A DNA stretch of 63,129 nucleotides, filler included, from Octopus bimaculoides (taxonomy: Eukaryota), in assembly GCF_001194135.2 (NCBI RefSeq). It is 4 parts of 4 records of this genome, joined end to end, with 100 filler letters (N's around TTAATTAATTAA, not from the genome) between each part and the next. Parts side by side here need not be neighbours in the genome. Positions count along the whole stretch, not along the records: positions 24,510 to 47,644 come from NC_068984.1; positions 47,745 to 59,370 come from NC_069008.1; 2 more parts are not named here. One strand, 5' to 3'. Every line of letters starts with the position of its first letter. Position 1 is the stretch's first letter. The notes beneath the pieces were generated by a model. It did no database searches, was not told the DNA's origin, and saw nothing but the letters and a program-made list of their open reading frames with translations. Position numbers and translations under genes: made by a program. Below are positions 36,852 through 48,443 of the stretch, piece after piece.

Positions 36852-38081
36852 NNNNNNNNNNATGCTCCCTGCTTATGCCTTTTCTATACGCAAATATTCC
36901 TCTTATGGCTTTATAGGACCAGCAAAATGGATATTTCAATGTTAATACCATTTCTATGAGCAGCGGCAGCACACTTCTAAAAATCCTTTCAATTTACAGT
37001 CGAAATATGGGCCTGGTTATTCCAGCATGTGCATTTCTTGTCCGTTATTGATTCTTATAAAATCATCGTGATCTTCATATATCTTTTCATTAAATCAAAC
37101 GTATTTAAAATTTGAACGTGTATCATGAAAAGTAATGTTTAGAAAGATTTACAACGTATTATTAAATATTCGTAACATCATGACACGCCAGGCTTTCTAA
37201 CAATCTTATTAGAAAGTTTCAAAATAACACAGGGCATGTTTATGAAAGACACTAATAAGGAACGTGTACATGTTAGCACACAGAAATGGCTAGCAGAGGG
37301 GCAACTACGGAATGATGAGGAAAATGTTGCGGTGGAAATGTTATCAGCGTATAAAATGCTTTGCAGCATTTCATCGTACTCTAAGTTCTTTTTTATCTTG
37401 ATAATCATTGTAATGATGATGATAATTAAGTGGATAAACAAACTGCCGCTGCTGCTGCTTCTGCTGCTACTGCTGTACTTGCAGATGACGTGATGTCCTA
37501 TGATTGATATTAATACTTGCTTGTATTTAACAAAGGAAGAAGACAGGAGATTTCAAGGGCATGAAACGACGAATTATGTACAATAGAGTATTCGACTGGT
37601 TGTAAATTATATCAACCGGAAGAAGATGAAAAGCAAAGCTAATCTTATTAGGAGAGTTTGATCTTAGAATGTAAAGAGCTGCACTAAATACTACAAAGCT
37701 CTCTCTTCGATGCCCGGGAGATTCTGCGAATCAACCGAGCTTTTTAATAATAATACTAACAGAAATACTACTAGATATTGTATGATAATACTGTAAAATA
37801 TAGTCGGCTGTCAATTGCATGTATGTCTGTATGAAATGTATACCGCAATTTTGTAATTGTTTGAGGTGCCTGTGTAGCCAGGAGTAAATGTAGATACATT
37901 CTCAAACACATCACATTCGAACTAACTTAACACCCTGGGTTTGACACTATTAGTATTAATAGAGGCAACCACAGATAGACTGACACTCATTGCTGTTGAG
38001 TAGAATGAGGCAACAGCGGTCACAACACGAGGCAACGAAGATCACAACATGAGGCAGCAAAGATCACAAGAGAATATCAGC

Positions 38082-38760
38082 TGTATATCAGCTGCAGCAA
38101 GTCCGAAGCGTTGGATGTTGGACGCTGTAAGTAGTCAGTAAATAGGTTAACCGCTGAGTGTTCTGGCACCGTTGTGTACGTTGAGACAAGGTCAAGACTA
38201 AAGGCGTATCTGTTTTGCCTGTGTTGGTCTAGGGGTAATTGGTGCAGTCTTTTGATGACTTCGTCGGAGTTTTTGACGTGTCCCGGAAAGGTGGAGAGTA
38301 TGCGTTTCAGGATATGAGAAAGTAACCAGGATATTTTATATAGAGGTCCTTCCATGCTGGAGACGATGGGTCTAATCTGGATCGTGTTGCTATTCTTGTG
38401 CGATTTAATGAGGTGATAAAATCTGGGTAATCTACTGTTCTTTGTGATGAAGTTGTTCTTGAATTTATTATGTACTTGTCTCCGTCTACAGATGTCCGTT
38501 CATGTGGTGTTAATTCGGTCCTCAATCCTGGTCGCAGTTATATCTGTCACTTCAGAATATGCTTTTTCATTTCTTAAATGTTCTTGTGCCAGTCTATCAT
38601 ATATTTCACAAGAAATCAAGCAGATTTCTTTTCCTTTATCTGATGATAAGTATACAAGGTGTTTGTTTTTTTTAGTTTAGTCAGTGTTTTATGTTGTGCC
38701 TTGGTTAAGTTTGGGGTTATATTCGATTCCTTCCTTAAGACGTTGGACAGTTTCAATCAT
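38082..38760 (-). mobile_element. Penelope-like element, inverted 5' part (RT N-terminal half)
   Basis: NLTKAQHKTLTKLK...SSDKGK...LPRFYHLIKSHK...IRPIVSSMEGPLYKISWLL...FSLDLVSTYTTVP...ASNIQRFGL. Confidence 0.92.
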
Positions 38761-38763
38761 AAT

Positions 38764-40230
38764 AGCGTCCAACATCCAACGCTTCGGACTTACCGCTGCT
38801 GATATACATCAAGTTTTGCCCATCATCGTGGACAACACCTACTTCGCTTTCCAGGACCATATATACAAACAGACAACAGGTCTGTCCATGCGATCCAGTC
38901 TCTCGGGCCTCCTAGCCATCACTTATATGAAACATCTGGAACGTCGAGCACTCAGCATCTGCCGCTCATGCGCCTTCTTCATCAGGTACGTAGATGACAT
39001 CCCCATACTCAAAACCTCCCGTGAAGAAGCTGAGTGAATAATCACGACGTTCAATAACATGTACATGAACATAAAGTTTACTATAGAACATCCTGACATC
39101 ACTGGATCACTATCATTACTTGACTTCAAACTGAATATAACGGAAGAAGGGAAGTTCTACAGGAAAGCAGCCAGTAGAGATATGTTTGTCCAATACAATT
39201 CAGCACTTGCACTCGGTGCCAAAATAAGATACGCCAGAAATGAACTTGCATGCATCCAAGGCAAATGCAGCAGAACGGAGGACAAGTTGACTCACACTAC
39301 ACGCTTCCTAGATATATTGAAAACCAACGGATATCCTAGATCCATTGTAAGTCGGCTTAAGCATCCAAGACGACCAACACGCCGAACATATAGAAAACCC
39401 AGCAACACATGCTTCCTTAAAATACCCCATTTTAGCGAGAGGATAACTACAGCCATCCGAAGACCCATAAGAAGTGAAGGGCAAGACATACAACTAGCAC
39501 ACCCCGGCCCCTCTCTGAGAGGACACCTCGCAAAGAAACGAACAAGGGACAACAATCAATGCACACTAACAAATTGTCCCATCCGTGACACAGATTTATG
39601 CCAACGAGTAAATGTTGTGTATAGAATACAATGTGACAAATGCAACAAGTTCTACGTGGGTATCACAACACGACCGTAACACTCCACATCAAAGAACATC
39701 TGAACACAAGAGCCTCCTCCTTCAGAAAACATCTAGACAAATGCCGGAACACTGACAAAAGCATAACAGTCACAATTGAGGTCAATAAAAGAAATTTGGG
39801 TAATTTAAGAATTAAGGAAGCTATACTCATACACAGACTGGGACCCCAAATTAACAACAGGTTGGAGGTTGGTAATCAATATATTATTTAGTTACATCTG
39901 GATGCGTGTCGGTTCATTCTTAATAACATGGTCATGTATTGTTTATAACAAAAAAAAGAGGAAAAATAAGGAAAAAGAGGGAAGCTGCACGTATAACACA
40001 TAACTTAGAAGCAGCGCTACAGATGTACCAACACGCACGAGATAGAGACGTAGCCGTCCTCATGCACTTCTCATGAGGAATTCCTGAAGGAGCTTCCGGA
40101 GACCACTACTGAGGCGCTTCCGAAAAAAAGGAAAGCCGTTGGAAAACAGATTATAGCAGCGACTTCATCTAAGAATATCTGAAGAAGGAATTATATTCCG
40201 AAATATCATCGGACTATAGATAACTAAATT
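38764..40230 (+). mobile_element. Penelope-like element, 3' part (RT C-terminal half, GIY-YIG endonuclease, 3' terminal repeat)
   Basis: ASNIQRFGL...NTYFAF...YKQTTGLSMRSSLS...RYVDDI...KFTIE...LSLLDF...NGYP...CTLTNCPI...C..NVVYRIQCDKCNKFYVGITTRP...RIKEHL...EAILI. Stops and frameshifts occur at about 39035 and 39677. Confidence 0.95.
40172..40213 (+). ncRNA. Candidate minimal type I hammerhead ribozyme
   Basis: CUGAAGA (40179-40185), an extra A, stem II ggaat/attcc (5 bp, 3-nt loop), GAAA (40200-40203), a loopless palindromic stem III (AUAU) and an AUC site at 40205-40207. Stem I is only 2 bp. Confidence 0.45.
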
Positions 40231-40309
40231 ACAAGAGGTATATAGTCCATGTTTTGTATTATAGTGCATTGTTGTACCATTCAAAACTTTTTATTCTTTA
40301 TATAAATAT

Positions 40310-40450
40310 ATAGGGGAGAATTCACGAAACAACAACAGACGATGACAGGTGGTGTAAACAACAAATGGATGTATTAGTATAACGCTCGGGAATAGAGAAA
40401 GTTTTTAACGTTTCAAGCCTACGTTCTTCAACAGAAAGGAACACAGAAAG
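40310..40450 (-). repeat. Dispersed repeat with a degenerate hammerhead-like motif
   Basis: The minus strand reads TTGAAGAacgtaggcttGAAACGTT (about 40407-40431); the core starts with U rather than C and the stem II closing pairs are weak. Confidence 0.4.
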
Positions 40451-40506
40451 AAATAACGAAAGAAACAAAGAGAGAAAAAATATTACATATATATATATAT
40501 ATATAT

Positions 40507-40663
40507 GACGGGCTTCTTTCAGTTTCTTTCTGCCATATCCACTCACAAGGCTTTGGTCAGCCCGAGTGTATAGTAAAAATCACTTGCCCAGAGTGCCACG
40601 CACTAGAACTGAACCTGGAACCATGTGGCTGGTAAGCTAGCTACTTACCGCACAGTCACTCCT
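40507..40663 (-). mobile_element. SINE family B, 5' half
   Basis: Reverse complement of the 11718 head and core. Confidence 0.9.
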
Positions 40664-41389
40664 ATATATATATGCTTATGTGTGCATACCCACACATGAT
40701 ACTGCACGCACACACGTCTTGTCTCGTATGCAAAAACAGGAAACTGTGCGCATCTACACACGCAATATACGTTCATAATTGTTTCTATCTTTTTATATGC
40801 ATGTATATTTGTACGTGTGTTTGCGAGTTTCTCTAAATGAATACGTGCGCTTATAGATATGTGCATATGTATGGATATGTATGTATGTATGTTGATATTT
40901 GATTGATTCATTATTTCACAGAGGCGAATGTTGGTGTTTTCATATGCACATGCAGTTGTGCATGCTTGTATATGTATACGCGTGTGTGTGCGCGCGTGCA
41001 TTTGTTTCTGTATTTTCATGTTTGTGTGCCTTCATGTGTCGTGTTGGTGAAGTCGCATAGAAACATAGAGAAATATGTTCATATCAAAAATAAGTATAGA
41101 ATTATACGTATTTTCAACGTGTACATATTTCAGTTATGTATATCCTATTAAGTTCTTTTGCTTTTATCAGCAGTTACTCGCATTTTATGATTTGATAGTG
41201 CGTTTAACAAAATCATTTATGCTGAACATTCTTTTTGAAGTTATCTGTTTTGCTAAACGATTTGGCAGCAGAAGCTGAGCTCTAGCATGCGCAAAATGTG
41301 TTCGGTGTCGAGCGCTGCAATGTAGGGATGCGAATTAGTGTTGCGAACATTATCATTAGTCCGCTGAAGTAAAGCCTCCCAGTGCATTC

Positions 41390-41930
41390 TGTATTTTAGT
41401 GGAATTTAACTGAAACACGTGGAAACGTTTAAGGTTCTCGAGGCTGTATTCATAAATGAGAGACAGAGAACAGAAGGCTGAACTGGATACTAGAACTTCA
41501 GTTGTCATCACAGTAATGTGGCAAGTCCTGTATTCGATCCAATAAACTTATCTTCAATTCGGATTCCATCCCTATCCTCACCTGTGTTCATGAATGTTAG
41601 ATATGACCGAAGAAATACGATCGCGAATACAAATGGCCGAAATTGGATTCTTTGAAGAGCCTCTAGAGTAACGTTACTCAACTGGTTACGTAACTCGTAG
41701 ATTTGGGTCGAGATCTCCAGGTCGAGGTGCCACTCTTGGCACTAAAATTTGGAAAGACAGTCTCTTAATACCGCGCCAACTGACTGCAGACCTCGGGGTC
41801 GACAAAGAAGGACATGGTTGAATAATATCCATGGTCTCAGTTGATCATGCTTCGGAATTCAGCAGCAATGTGAAATGGAGATTGATTCTGTTGGAAACCT
41901 TTAGAGGATGTACCTCATGACTCTACGCCC
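41390..41930 (+). mobile_element. Decayed RTE-type LINE 3' end
   Basis: RPRGRQRRTWLNNI motif, preceded by a degenerate RT thumb region. Confidence 0.65.
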
Positions 41931-42994
41931 ACAGCTTTTCGAGTAATACTGGATGAGAAGGAATGATAGATTTGTCATCTAACCACTCAAATATTAATAT
42001 CATTAATTTAGATATTTGAATAATTCCAGCAAACCGTATTTTGTTTCTGTTGTGTAAGACTGTAAATAGTTCCTTCTGTTGCAATATAATACACGTTTCT
42101 CAACGTGAAAGTCGAAAATACTCAATGAAGCAAAGCGTGACACGGGACAGTAGATTAATATAAGGATGTTTTAACATATTTGCTTTCACATACCGTATCC
42201 CAATATATGTTATGGACCTGATCATATACTTCAAACAGGAAAATACTATGCAAAATATAGATGAATTATTCAAAGAGTGAGATGTAAGATAGGTGTTCTC
42301 ATATTTCGAAATATAATACACATTGCAATAGTGGTTCACTCCTTTCAATGAAGATGAATCTCATTCAGATGACTACAATCGTACATTTATTTCATTTCGT
42401 GGCTCTATCGAACACATTTTAACATACATCCTTTCACTCCTTTACACGATGCCCTAGGATAATTTCAATGCATACAAGATGTCATAAAGTATAATGTAAT
42501 CACAAAGGATATTATCCTGAGAATCTTTTAACCGTTCGTATTCAATTATTACATGTAATGTAAAGTTAACTTATGGTAATCCCCTTACCATTCGTTTGAC
42601 GAACCGTCAATCTAATCTCGGCAATTCTACCGAAAAGAATTTAGATATACATGGCTAATATTCATTCTGATACTGGTATTGTATATGTGTGTGTATGTGT
42701 GTGCGTGTTTGATGGGGGATCTGTGTGTCTGTGTTTGAGTGTGTGTGTATGTATGTACGTATATGTATTTTTTATTCTTTTATTCTTTTAATGGTTTCAG
42801 TAGTAGAACTGCGGCCATTCTGGAGCATTGCTTTAACTTATTTTGTATTCGCTGTTATTGTCGCTTCATGAAAGGACTGGTCAATGATTGAGTTTTTAGA
42901 AGCTGATCTTCCTTGAGTAGATACTTGAATGCCTGGCTGGTCTGGTTCCCTCGTAGGAGTTTAAACAATTTTTTTCTTTTTTTTCATCTTTCAG

Positions 42995-44260
42995 TAGAGG
43001 TTCCCGTTATATTCTAATTTCCTTAAGTAACCAGTCGAACACTTTGGGGCCTCTAAATATCAATATGTTACGATAGGCTGTTTTTCTTTGTGATTTCGAA
43101 ATTGATATATTTGGAAGCTGACAGCATCTGCTAGTTCGTGCATTAAAGTTCTCTCTAATACCGAAATCTGGAACATGCCCCTCCAGGATTTTCAATACGT
43201 ATATGATCGCACATCTTAGTCTTCGGCGTTCAAGAAAGTAAATACGAAGAACTGTCGATCATTCTCAGTAATTAAGGCTTTTAAACAAAAATATTTTACT
43301 GGTGAACTTTCTTTGTAACCTTTCACTTTCTCCTATATGAGACCTGATGTGTTAGGAGATTAAAGCTGTGAGCAAAGCTGCTCTGAACTAGAGTTTCCAT
43401 AGAGTTAGCATAATTACCAGTTCTCTTGTCACGAAGGTACGTTGGATCCGTCCTAAGAGATGTTTACATTTGGAGGTCAGTTTGGTGATGTGGCTGATGA
43501 AAGGTGCATTATTTAACATGATTATCCCCTTGTCCCTTATGCCGGTGTAAATATTGTGACTGCTGTTTATTCCTTTCGTAATGAAGAACCGGAAATTTTG
43601 GTGCATTAAATTTCATATTGATTTTTATCTCATCATTGATAAATGATGTTTAGCTCATTTGGGAATGCGACGGTACCTTCTGGAGTTTGGACAACCATCG
43701 ACAGTTCTGTATCATCGGTATAACTCGTTAAGTTGGCCCAGTGCACTTTTGATCTTATATCTGATAGGGTGATGACAAATAAATTTGGTCCTAGAACCTT
43801 TGCTTCTTTGTATACTAATTACTACAGGTGACTTAGCAGAGAGAAAACCATTTATAGTAACGGATTGATTTCTACCGCGTAGGAAGTCAAAGAGACACCC
43901 TCTAACTTTACCGGTGACACCGCGATGTTTTAACATATGACAGATGATTCCATAACAAAATATTGTCAAAAGCCTTATCAAGATCAAGGTATACGCAGTC
44001 AGTGTTCTTTCCTTACGAGAGATTATTGAGAATAGTATTATGGTGCTGCAATAGTTCTGACAGGCAACTTAAGTGCAGCCAGAAAGTCATGTTGTGTGTC
44101 GTCTCAGAGGCTGTTTACCTCACGGTACGTAATTAGCCTTTATCAGACAAGGCGTTCGATAACTTTAGGTGTATAAGACGTGGGAGAAACAAGTCTATAT
44201 TTTGTAACTTCAGCCTTGCTACCTCCCTTGTGTATTGGAGTTACTACTGCGCATTTCTGC
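42995..44260 (-). mobile_element. Decayed CR1/L2-group LINE reverse transcriptase and 3' end
   Basis: AVVTPIHKGGSK...KVIERLV...TQHDF...CLSELLQH...DCVYLDLDKAFD...FLRGRNQSVTING...RDKGIIM...SHITKLTSK...LLGRIQRTFVTR...MLTLWK...FRGPKVFDWL. Confidence 0.88.
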
Positions 44261-44274
44261 TGCTGCTGAGGCTG

Positions 44275-44589
44275 CTATAAGCTGTGCGCTTTGTTATTGG
44301 TTGGCGTTGGATGGAGTTGGCTGGCGTTAGGTGGCGTTGCTTGTTCGAATTGCAAGTCTTGTCTCGGGTAAATGGGTGAAGCTACTGTCACTGCGTATGC
44401 ACAATCTCTCGCATTGGGTATATTGGCAAGTTTTGGGTCTCGTGTATTCATAAATTTTGTTTTCTTTACAGCTGCCAGATTTATCATGGAGTGGTGAGGT
44501 ATACATTCAGACTGAGGCGGGCAGTGGGGGTAAGAATGGAGTGATTCGTCAGTAGTAGTAGTAGTAGCAGTAGTAGTAGTAGTAGTAGC

Positions 44590-44642
<53 letters not shown>

Positions 44643-44793
44643 AACAGAATGACGATGCTGATGATGGATCGCTTGTGTTCTGAGAGAAGAATTTAAGTGG
44701 CCTGACGTTGGAGAATGTGTTCTTTAATAGGTCATCAATGGTGCTAATATTGAGGAGAGTCTGTGACTGCCATCTTGTTGTTTAGTTGTGGTA

Positions 44794-44868
<75 letters not shown>

Positions 44869-45050
44869 AACACGATAACAATGATGATGATAGGTCAGTT
44901 ATAGTATTCTGAGGAGATGAATAATGTCGATATAAAGGGCTGTTGATAATGGAGTTTAGCAGGTCATCAATTCTGCTAGTATTAAGAAGTGGCCGAGGCA
45001 GATGCTGCTGCTGTTGCTGTTGTTGTTCTTGTTACTGTCGTTTTGCTTGT
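44275..45050 (-). other. Coding-like duplicated unit (LLNxSxIDDLL...QNT..D.SS...CS-polyT), possibly a LINE ORF1 remnant
   Basis: Two diverged units at about 44866-44995 and 44641-44762, each followed by (ACT)n. One frameshift separates them. They lie immediately upstream of the LINE RT. Confidence 0.4.
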
Positions 45051-45074
45051 TAAAGTGTAGTTGGAGAAAATGCA

Positions 45075-45380
45075 TGTTTTATCTTTTGCTTCAGTCATTT
45101 GATCGCGGTCATACTGGGGCACTGTCTTGAAAGGATTTAGTCGAACAAATCGACCACAGGACTTGTTTTTTAAGCCTAGTACTTATTCTATCGTTCGTCT
45201 TGGCTGAACCGCTAGATTACGGGGACGTAAACACACCAACACCGGTTGTCAAGTGGTGATGGTGGTGGTTGGAGGACACCATGTGTATGTGTCCTCCAAC
45301 ATACACATAGATACACATATATACGACAGACTTCTTTCAGGTTCCATCTACCAAGTTCCCTCTCAGTGCTTTGCTCGGCC
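45075..45380 (-). mobile_element. SINE family B, internally shortened copy
   Basis: Reverse complement of the 11850-12110 region (gaaccgctagattacggggacgtaaacacacc). Confidence 0.85.
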
Positions 45381-45489
45381 CGAGTCTACAGTAAACGTTT
45401 ATAGTAAACGCTGTAGTAAACGTTTACCTACTACCACGTTGTCATATACTATGTATGATCTTTCTTTGTGTTTAATCTAAGTTATTGAG

Positions 45490-46420
45490 AAGGTTCAAGC
45501 CGTTTGCTAACAAAGCAACAAGTCTTTTTGAGTTAAGAGATTTTCCGATGTTTGTAAATAGTTGGTTAAGTTCGTGTGTTGGTTGAAATGTCGACGTATT
45601 CACTCAAGTGTGTGCGTCTATACACAGAGCAATCTCACAGGGATAATTTTTGGAATGTCTTACAAATCTTCACTGAGCCACTAATAGATTGGATTTAGAA
45701 TATCCACATCATTTTCGTTTACTTTTTCTCCCCGCAAGATCGAGTTCTGCTAGGTTTTTGCGCAAATTTGTTGGTATATAACCTAACGCACCTATGGTGG
45801 TAGGTACAAATGAGAATTCAAAGTCAGAGTACAATAGCTGTAAATTCGGCATTAATTTGCCATAATTTTCTGTTTTTTTTCTGGAATTATGATTGTACAT
45901 TAACATCTGCTGGGAAACTACTTTTTACAACGGTACATGATTTTTTTCCCCTGTTCCACAGTGCAATATCATGGATGTTATATTTGAACCAAACTCATTT
46001 TATTAACGAGATGTTCCACCAGTATTCTGACACTTTATTTTCATGTATTATATAGTCGAGGACAACTGTTTGGAAGATAGGTCTGAAAATTAGAATCTTC
46101 ATATTAAATGTCCAAACTTATATTTACTATACTACTGGTCATCGGTTCAGCTATTAGGTAAGTATACATCTATGTTGCATATATTTGAATCAAACTGTGC
46201 TTCAGCAAAACAATTCTAATTTTTCACAATTGTTCCACACATTTGGCCACGACTGTATGTAAATCTGTAAACGTAACTGTTAACTTTATTGTATGTTTTA
46301 CATAACATTACCACAAATACATAATTTCAGATATTTATTACTTAAATGATAACGATGCTTACCAATTGTCAGAGCTTTTAAACAATAGCTGTCATGCATT
46401 CTTCTATTCAGTAAATTGAA
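45490..46420 (-). mobile_element. Decayed RLE-type LINE C-terminus (same type as 60040-60935)
   Basis: EYWWNISL...KSCTVV..SFPADVN...KKTENYGKLMPNLQLLYSDFEF.FVPTTIGALGYIP. Degenerate sequence probably extends further upstream. Confidence 0.75.
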
Positions 46421-47059
46421 TATTTACTCCATATTATATTGTAGGTTCTTTTCCCTGGGTAAATCAAACATGTAAATAATATATTGAGATTAGGTAAGTG
46501 TATAGCACTCATGTCACCTACGTTTACAGTAACATAGAATGACATACAAGAAAAAGCATTCCTACAATATGCGCCTTATATAGGGCTCTTATAGTGAGTG
46601 TATTAATATAATTTCTGCACAGTAATTCATTGGAGTATGAATGGATGTATATTGATATTTCAGATACGATTTGAAGATAATGGAGATTAATAGCACCAAG
46701 TTTTGTTTTTCAATGTATTAATTGCCCACCCGTTATTGCTACAATTGCTATTCTCAAGGAGATTTTGCAATACACGTTAGATTGGATTCCAATAAGACGA
46801 TATCGGCTGAAAACACCTGGCTGTTTATAAATTAAGTACATTTTTTCATATTGCAGTTTGCTATGTTTATACACTGGCTTTCATTATTCCCGTCCTTCAT
46901 AGCATGCATATTCATTGAGTGCCTCAAACAAAATGGAGCTTAATGTAAGTTAATATTAAATATCAATGATTGATGCTTTTAAGCTTCGATTGTCTTCATT
47001 ATCTAGGTGATTACTGAATATAATCACACCAGATTTATATCTGCTGAAAAGCAACCAGA

Positions 47060-47171
47060 ATATTTGCTGTAGCCCATCTTTTATACCAAGGCAAAACAAT
47101 CTACATGATAACACTTCCAATCAATTAAGATCAGAAGCCATGAGAGCCACTGCCTGGTACTGCATCCGGGC

Positions 47172-47238
<67 letters not shown>

Positions 47239-47240
47239 TA
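47060..47240 (+). mobile_element. Short retroposon 3' end with a (TTA)n tail
   Basis: ...gagagccactgcctggtactgcatccgggcat followed by (TTA)n. The family assignment is by resemblance only. Confidence 0.45.
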
Positions 47241-47339
47241 ATCTGGATGTTTGTTACAATCACTTGCCGAGACACCTAGCGTCTTAGGGCGAATGAAGTT
47301 TTAGGACGTGAAGTGGCAGGGAATAATAATAATAATAAT

Positions 47340-47644
47340 AATTATTATTATTATTGTTCAGTAGTTTTATTTTTATAACGTGCTTTCACTTCACTACCGA
47401 GCGCAGCTCTGTGCGCCTTGGGTATGTGCTGTGGTTTGCTGTGGTGTTCTTATGTTTACTGTATTGAAAGTGTTTTGCGTAGAATGTGTGCAGTACCCAG
47501 TAGTGCAATTTTCTGTATGTTATATATATTTGTAAGTCCTGGTGTTTTTGTTATGTATTTGTCTGAATATTTTTTTATTATACCTAAGGCACCTACTATG
47601 ATAGGAATTGTTTCTGTTTTTAGATTCCACATTCAAGTTACCTC
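47340..47644 (-). mobile_element. RLE-type (R4/NeSL-like) LINE 3' end
   Basis: WNLKTETIPIIVGALGIIKKYSDKYITKTPGLTNIYNIQKIALLGTAHILRKTLSIQ*, then a 3' UTR nearly identical to 2660-2828 and an (AAT)n tail. Confidence 0.9.
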
Positions 47645-47787
47645 NNNNNNNNNNNNNNNNNNNNNNNNNNNNNNNNNNNNNNNNNNNNTTAATTAATTAA
47701 NNNNNNNNNNNNNNNNNNNNNNNNNNNNNNNNNNNNNNNNNNNNATATATATATATATATATATATATATAAAGGAATACAACAAAT

Positions 47788-48443
47788 GGGACAAGAATGC
47801 AAAACATCCAGACAGATGATACAAAAAAGGGATAACAAAACATCCAGACATAATACAAAAAACACCGGTCACGTGGAGAGAGAGGGTAGAGGCAGAAGGA
47901 TAGATGAATTAGGAAGGGACGAGAAAAAAAGAAAAGGGACAGAGTGAAGTGAAAGAGGAGGGAAGGTGAGAATGAAGAGAAAGCTAGGAAGTGTGAGAGA
48001 TGGGGAACGAAAGAAAGAAGAGTGGAGACCGGTGTTTGGCGAAGCCTAACCTTTCTTGATTCGACTACCATCCCTGCAACATCTATATTCCTCCCCATGC
48101 CCGTCATCTCTTATGTCCCTGCCGTAGGACTTCACTTCCACACACGCCAGTTTAATTGTTATGTCCTGTTATTTGCATTTGTATTTCTGTACCATTTCTC
48201 CGTTTTTCTTCCGTCCTGCTTTTCGTATACATTCACTGCTTTCTTCCAAGGAATCTAGTGTTCTTAGCTAAGTTTTTCTTTGGGGCTGGTCAGATTGGAG
48301 CAATCTGGAGTATAACCAGCCGAAATTGCAAAGATAATCTGGAACTCGACTGAGGAAAGAAGGCTCCGAATGACCCGTCCTTGTTTTTTCTTGTCCCTTT
48401 TTTTGTATCATCTGACTGTCTGGATGTTTTGCGTTCTTGTCCC
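47788..48443. repeat. Segment bounded by about 45-50-bp inverted repeats
   Basis: 47788-47832 versus the reverse complement of 48394-48443: one mismatch plus indels of 4 nt and 1 nt. The right arm runs into a gap. Confidence 0.8.

Noticed and set aside
37178-37493. Overlapping ORFs on both strands (87 aa and 85 aa)
   Set aside because: No recognisable domain, weak splice sites, and part of the length comes from trinucleotide repeats. It cannot be supported, but is not formally excluded as an exon.
38082-39890. In-frame TGA codons as selenocysteine (as in Naiad-clade Penelope-like elements)
   Set aside because: The endonuclease is C-terminal (canonical order), the TGAs I located are not at Cys positions, and TAA stops and frameshifts also occur. 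This is ordinary decay.
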